Position numbers and translations under genes: made by a program. 64,000 bases of DNA from the NCBI RefSeq assembly GCF_009914755.1, contig NC_060941.1; one strand, written 5' to 3'. The notes under the pieces are model-generated. The model did no database searches. It was given only the letters and a program-made list of their open reading frames with translations, and was not told the origin of the DNA. Positions 62,771 to 64,000 of this stretch are shown in pieces. The number at the start of each line of letters is the position of its first letter. Position 1 is the first letter of the stretch. Source of the DNA: the human T2T-CHM13v2.0 reference genome, Homo sapiens.

Positions 62771-64000
62771 TTCCCCAACCTTCCCAAATTTATCCACTAG
62801 GAATTGTAATAGAGTAGATTTGAGTTGCAGCCTGGGAGTCCATGTGTTCAGCAAGCATAGTTAAGAAGTTCTTGTTTTCAGGCAAATTCGGGAAGCAATG
62901 CTGTAGCAATAGTAATAGCTCAATAAAGAGTAGTTATTTTTATTATGCTACCTTCATCATCATTAACTTATCATTATCATCATCATCACCACCACCACCA
63001 CCAGGAATTGAAGATAATGTTAGGGAAAAGATTCAGCAACAATAACAGATTCTATAAGCATCATTGAATCAGTTATCTTGACTTTGGTCTGATACGAAGT
63101 TATTTTCACTGTTTGTAGAACCAGTAGACAGGTAACCAACTCCAACTCACTCCCGATTTGAATCTCAAGGCGATTATTTCCATTTTACTCTTATTTAGGT
63201 GAGGAGGGATCTTAACTTAGAACAAGAACTTGGGCCTTGCTCAATAAATTCAGTGGCTATAAATCTAATCCATGATTCATTTCCATTTTTACCCTGGGGA
63301 TGAACACAGAGGAGTCTACGCAGTGCTAATTACCACGTTTTGACTGGGGCACCCCAAAGAAGGAAAGAATCACAGGACCACTCCTTAAAGGGACTGAAAA
63401 ATCTCATTGTCCAGTACTTTCACGTAGGGGCTTCTGCCCCTTTTAACTACTGAAACTACCATGTATCCATTCTTAGACAGCCAGGGCAATGCTTTTTATA
63501 AACTCCTATCTGTATCTGATTGCTTTAATGGTTCTCAAAACTCCTTACGATCAGTTACACTTATTTTATTTTCTATTTTATGCGATGTTGTTTTCTTGTT
63601 TTTTTTTCCCCCAATCCTTACACCTGACTCCTACGAAGAAGAAACCAAATCGTGTTATTCATTGTACTTACTCCAGTGTCTAGCATAGACTTTCTTTCTA
63701 GTATCAGTGAAAAGATTCAATTGTATCCAACTATAAGGTGTCTTAATTTAAACTTCTTTATTTTGAGTGTACCTGCCTAAAGCACCTGACTGTTGTTTTT
63801 CTACTTCTTTACATATTTGTTGTTAAAATAATAACAACAGTAGATTGCTCTAAGGGGATGCTACATTAAGATGGCATCTAGTCCAAAGGGCCTTTAAATA
63901 ATTGAATTTCCTTCATCTCAGGGGTGCCATCTTTTAAGGGGAAAAAATGAATAGGGAACAGTGGCGAGGAAAAACAAAGCAACTATTTTTAGCTTGTCCT

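Noticed and set aside
62953-63003. (CAT)n/(CAC)n run read as poly-Ser/Pro in ORF 62842..63045
   Set aside because: Simple low-complexity repeat next to a MIR, with no coding evidence.

Overview
Primate (human-like) non-coding genomic DNA, intergenic or deep intronic, dominated by transposable elements. It holds more than 20 Alus (J, S and Y types, most with readable target-site duplications, TSDs), nested old L1s (L1M, L1PB, probable HAL1), L2 and MIR fragments, ERVL/MaLR/ERV1 LTRs (MLT2A, MLT1, MST, MER57) and DNA-transposon MITEs (MER5, MER58, MER53, MER33, Tigger3a). I find no protein-coding gene, RNA gene or CpG island; the supplied ORFs are TE-derived or chance ORFs. I do not see a new multi-gene biological system. 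The unusual content is structural: (1) an L1PB insertion with ~685 bp of non-L1 sequence inside its TSDs; (2) a ~240-bp inverted duplication of apparently non-TE sequence; (3) several local templated copies and fold-backs (L1 53 bp, MLT1 ~100 bp, a 30-bp snap-back, a ~50-bp hairpin); (4) a three-monomer Alu inside an MST LTR; (5) a full MLT2A solo LTR with a DUX4-like site; and (6) a CpG-retaining unique block that may be a conserved regulatory element. Subfamily names come from recalled consensus sequences, not a database search. Boundaries of old repeats are approximate.
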